Shown piece after piece: positions 61,301-64,000 of a DNA stretch of 64,000 nucleotides. The notes under the pieces were generated by a model. The model had not been told where the DNA came from, made no database searches, and saw nothing but the letters and a program-made list of their open reading frames with translations. The DNA lies in NCBI GenBank assembly GCA_964016885.1, contig OZ024744.1, positions 47,740,001-47,804,000 of the forward strand. The letters are read 5' to 3'. Origin of the DNA: Eledone cirrhosa (Eukaryota). The position numbers and the translations under genes were made by a program. Numbering within the stretch: the first letter of the stretch is position 1; the number at the start of each line of letters is the position of its first letter.

Positions 61301-64000
61301 CACATTAGACTATCAAGACCAGAACACCAACCACATCACATGAGACTATCAAGACCAGAACACCAACAACATCACATTAGACTATCAAGACCAGAACACC
61401 AACCACATTAGACTATCAAGAACAGAACACCAACAACATTAGACTATCAAGACCATAACACCAACCACATTAGACTATCAAGAACAGAACACCAACCACA
61501 TTAGACTATCAAGACCAGAACACCAACAACAATAGACTATCAAGAACAGAACACCAACCACATTAGACTATCAAGACCAGAACACCAACCACATTAGACT
61601 ATCAAGAACAGAAAACCAACCACATTAGACTATCAAGAACAGAACACCAACCACATTAGACTATCAAGACCAGAACACCAACCACATCACATTAGCCTAT
61701 CAAGAACAGAACACCAACCACATTAGACTATCAAGACCAGAAGACCAACCACATTAGACTATCAAAACCAGAACACCAACCACATCACATTAGACTATCA
61801 AGACCAGAACAGCACCCACATTAGACTATCAAGACCAGAACACCAACCACATCACATTAGAATATCAAGACCAGAACACCAACCATATCACATTAGACTA
61901 TCAAGACCTGAACACCAACCACATCACATTAGACTATCAAGACCAGAACACCAACAACATCACATTAGACTATCAAGACCAGAACACCAACCACATTAGA
62001 CTATCAAGAACATAACACCAACAACATTAGACTATCAAGACCATAACACCAACCACATTAGACTATCAAGAACAGAATACCAACCACATTAGACTATCAA
62101 GACCAGAACACCAACAACAAAAGACTATCAAGACCCGAACACCAACCACATTAGACTATCAAGAACAGAACACCAACCACATTAGACTATCAAGAACAGA
62201 ACACCAACCACATTAGACTATCAAGAACAGAACACCAACCACATTAGACTATCAAGACCAGAACACCAACCACATCACATTAGCCTATCAAGAACAGAAC
62301 ACCAACCACATTAGACTATCAAGACCAGAACACCAACCACATTAGACTATCAAGACAAGAACACCAACCACTTCACATTAGACTATCAAGACCAGAACAC
62401 CAACCACATTAGACTATCAAGACCAGAACACCAACCACATCACATTAGAATATCAAGACCAGAACACCAACCACATCACATTAGACTATCAAGACCTGAA
62501 CACCAACCACATCACATTAGACTATCAAGACCAGAACACCAACAACATCACATTAGACTATCAAGACCAGAACACCAACCACATTAGACTATCAAGAACA
62601 GAACACCAACAACATTAGACTATCAGGACCATAACACCAACCACATTAGACTATCAAGAACAGAACACCAACCACATTAGACTATCAAGACCAGAACACC
62701 AACAACATTAGACTATCAAGACCAGAACACCAACCACATTAGACTATCAAGGACAGAACACCAACCATATTAGACTATCAAGACCAGAACACCAACCACA
62801 TTAGACTATCAAGAACAGAACACCAACCACATTAGACTATCAAGAACAGAACACCAACCACATTAGACTATCAAGACCAGAACACCAACCACATCACATT
62901 AGCCTATCAAGAACAGAACACCAACCACATTAGACTATCAAGACCAGAACACCAACCACATTAGACTATCAAGAACAGAACACAAACCACATTAGACTAT
63001 CAAGACCAGAACACCAACCACATTAGACTATCAAGACCAGAACACCAAACACATTACACTATCAAGAACAGAACACCAACCACATTAGACTATCAAGAAC
63101 AGAACACCAACCACATTAGACTATCAAGAACAGAACACCAACCACATTAGACTATCAAGAACAGAACACCAACCACATTAGACTATCAAGACCATAACAC
63201 CAACCACATTAGACTATCAAGACCATAACACCAACCACATTAGACTATCAAGACCAGAACAACAACTAGATCACATTAGACTATCAAGACCAGAACATCA
63301 ACAATATCATTTTAGACTATCAAGACCAGAACACCAACAACATAACATTAGACTATCAAGACCAGAACACCAACCACATCACATTAGACTATCAAGACCA
63401 GAACACCAACCACATCACATTAGACTATCAAGACCAGAACACCAACCACATCACATTAGACTATCAAGACGTGAACACCAACCACATTAGACTATCAAGA
63501 CCAGAACACCAACCACATTAGACTATCAAGACCAGAACACCAACCACATTAGACTATCAAGACCAGAACACCAACCACATCACATTAGACTATCAAGACC
63601 AGAACACCAACCACATTAGATTTCAAGACCAGAACACCAACCACATTATACTATCAAGACCAGAACACCAACCACATCACATTAGAATATCAAGACCAGA
63701 ACACCAACCACATTAGACTATCAAGACCAGAACACCAACCACATCACATTAGACTATCAAGAACAGAACACCAACCACATCACATTAGACTATGAAGACC
63801 AGTACACCAACCACATCACATTAGACTATCAAGACCAGAACACCAACCACATCACATTAGACTATCAAGACGTGAACACCAACCACATTAGACTATCAAG
63901 ACCAGAACACCAACAACATTAGACTATCAAGACCAGAACACCAACCACATTAGACTATCAAGACCAGAACACCAACCACATCACATTAGACTATCAAGAC
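55375..64000. repeat. Higher-order repeat copy B2 (partial, truncated by window end)
   Basis: Shares B-specific variants (CCTC 56653, CTGTCAAG ~59541) and the 4.6-kb deletion (CCAGCAAC 59527 to TAACCCC 59796 = 269 bp, as in B1). Lacks the 1.78-kb duplication. Confidence 0.88.

Larger units (their letters stand above)
1..64000. repeat. Tandem satellite array of 31-bp monomer GACTATCAAGACCAGAACACCAACCACATTA interspersed with a 36-bp variant (extra CACAT)
   Basis: Monomer recurs head-to-tail from base 1 (1-31, 32-62; first 36-bp unit 63-98) to the last base, with no interruption or inversion seen. Consensus composition A14 C10 G3 T4 (42% GC, no CpG). Array runs off both window edges. Confidence 0.99.

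Noticed and set aside
1-64000. CRISPR array (31-36-bp repeat length)
   Set aside because: Repeats are directly adjacent with no unique spacers, no leader and no cas genes.
1-64000. Giant repetitive protein gene (mucin/adhesin-like) on either strand
   Set aside because: The 31-bp unit shifts frame every copy and carries TAG on plus and TAA/TGA/TAG on minus, so all frames close within a few units.
1-64000. Telomerase-synthesised telomere tract
   Set aside because: Point variants are inherited in the same order across kilobase-scale copies, which indicates DNA-level duplication. The unit also does not match a telomere repeat I recognise.
1-64000. Sequencing concatemer or rolling-circle library artefact
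   Set aside because: Nested duplications of different ages and shared subfamily-diagnostic variants are not expected from one circular template. Local mis-assembly of individual duplications remains possible.
1-64000. Embedded transposon, inversion, tRNA/rRNA or unique island
   Set aside because: No departure from the monomer and no reverse-complement units (TAATGTGGTTGG on plus) were seen on reading through the window.

Overview
The whole 64-kb window is one uninterrupted, single-orientation satellite/minisatellite array of roughly 1,900-2,000 monomers (estimated). There is no unique sequence, credible gene, RNA gene, CRISPR spacer or transposon. The monomer has two lengths: 31 bp (S, GACTATCAAGACCAGAACACCAACCACATTA) and 36 bp (L, with a duplicated CACAT). 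Rare variant monomers act as landmarks and reveal a nested hierarchy. First, a 619-bp 19-mer module (13 S + 6 L). Second, ~5.8-6.2-kb blocks. Third, ~17-20-kb higher-order repeats (HORs), about 3.5 copies, in two subfamilies (A: ~1-35 kb; B: ~35-64 kb). The subfamilies differ by diagnostic SNVs and a 4,601-bp deletion, and the first B copy carries private ~1.78-kb and ~5.9-kb tandem duplications. The array is strongly strand-asymmetric (A/C-rich plus strand, G/T-rich minus strand). It is most consistent with eukaryotic centromeric, subtelomeric or heterochromatic satellite DNA. The organism and function cannot be determined from sequence alone. All offsets were read by eye from marker variants.
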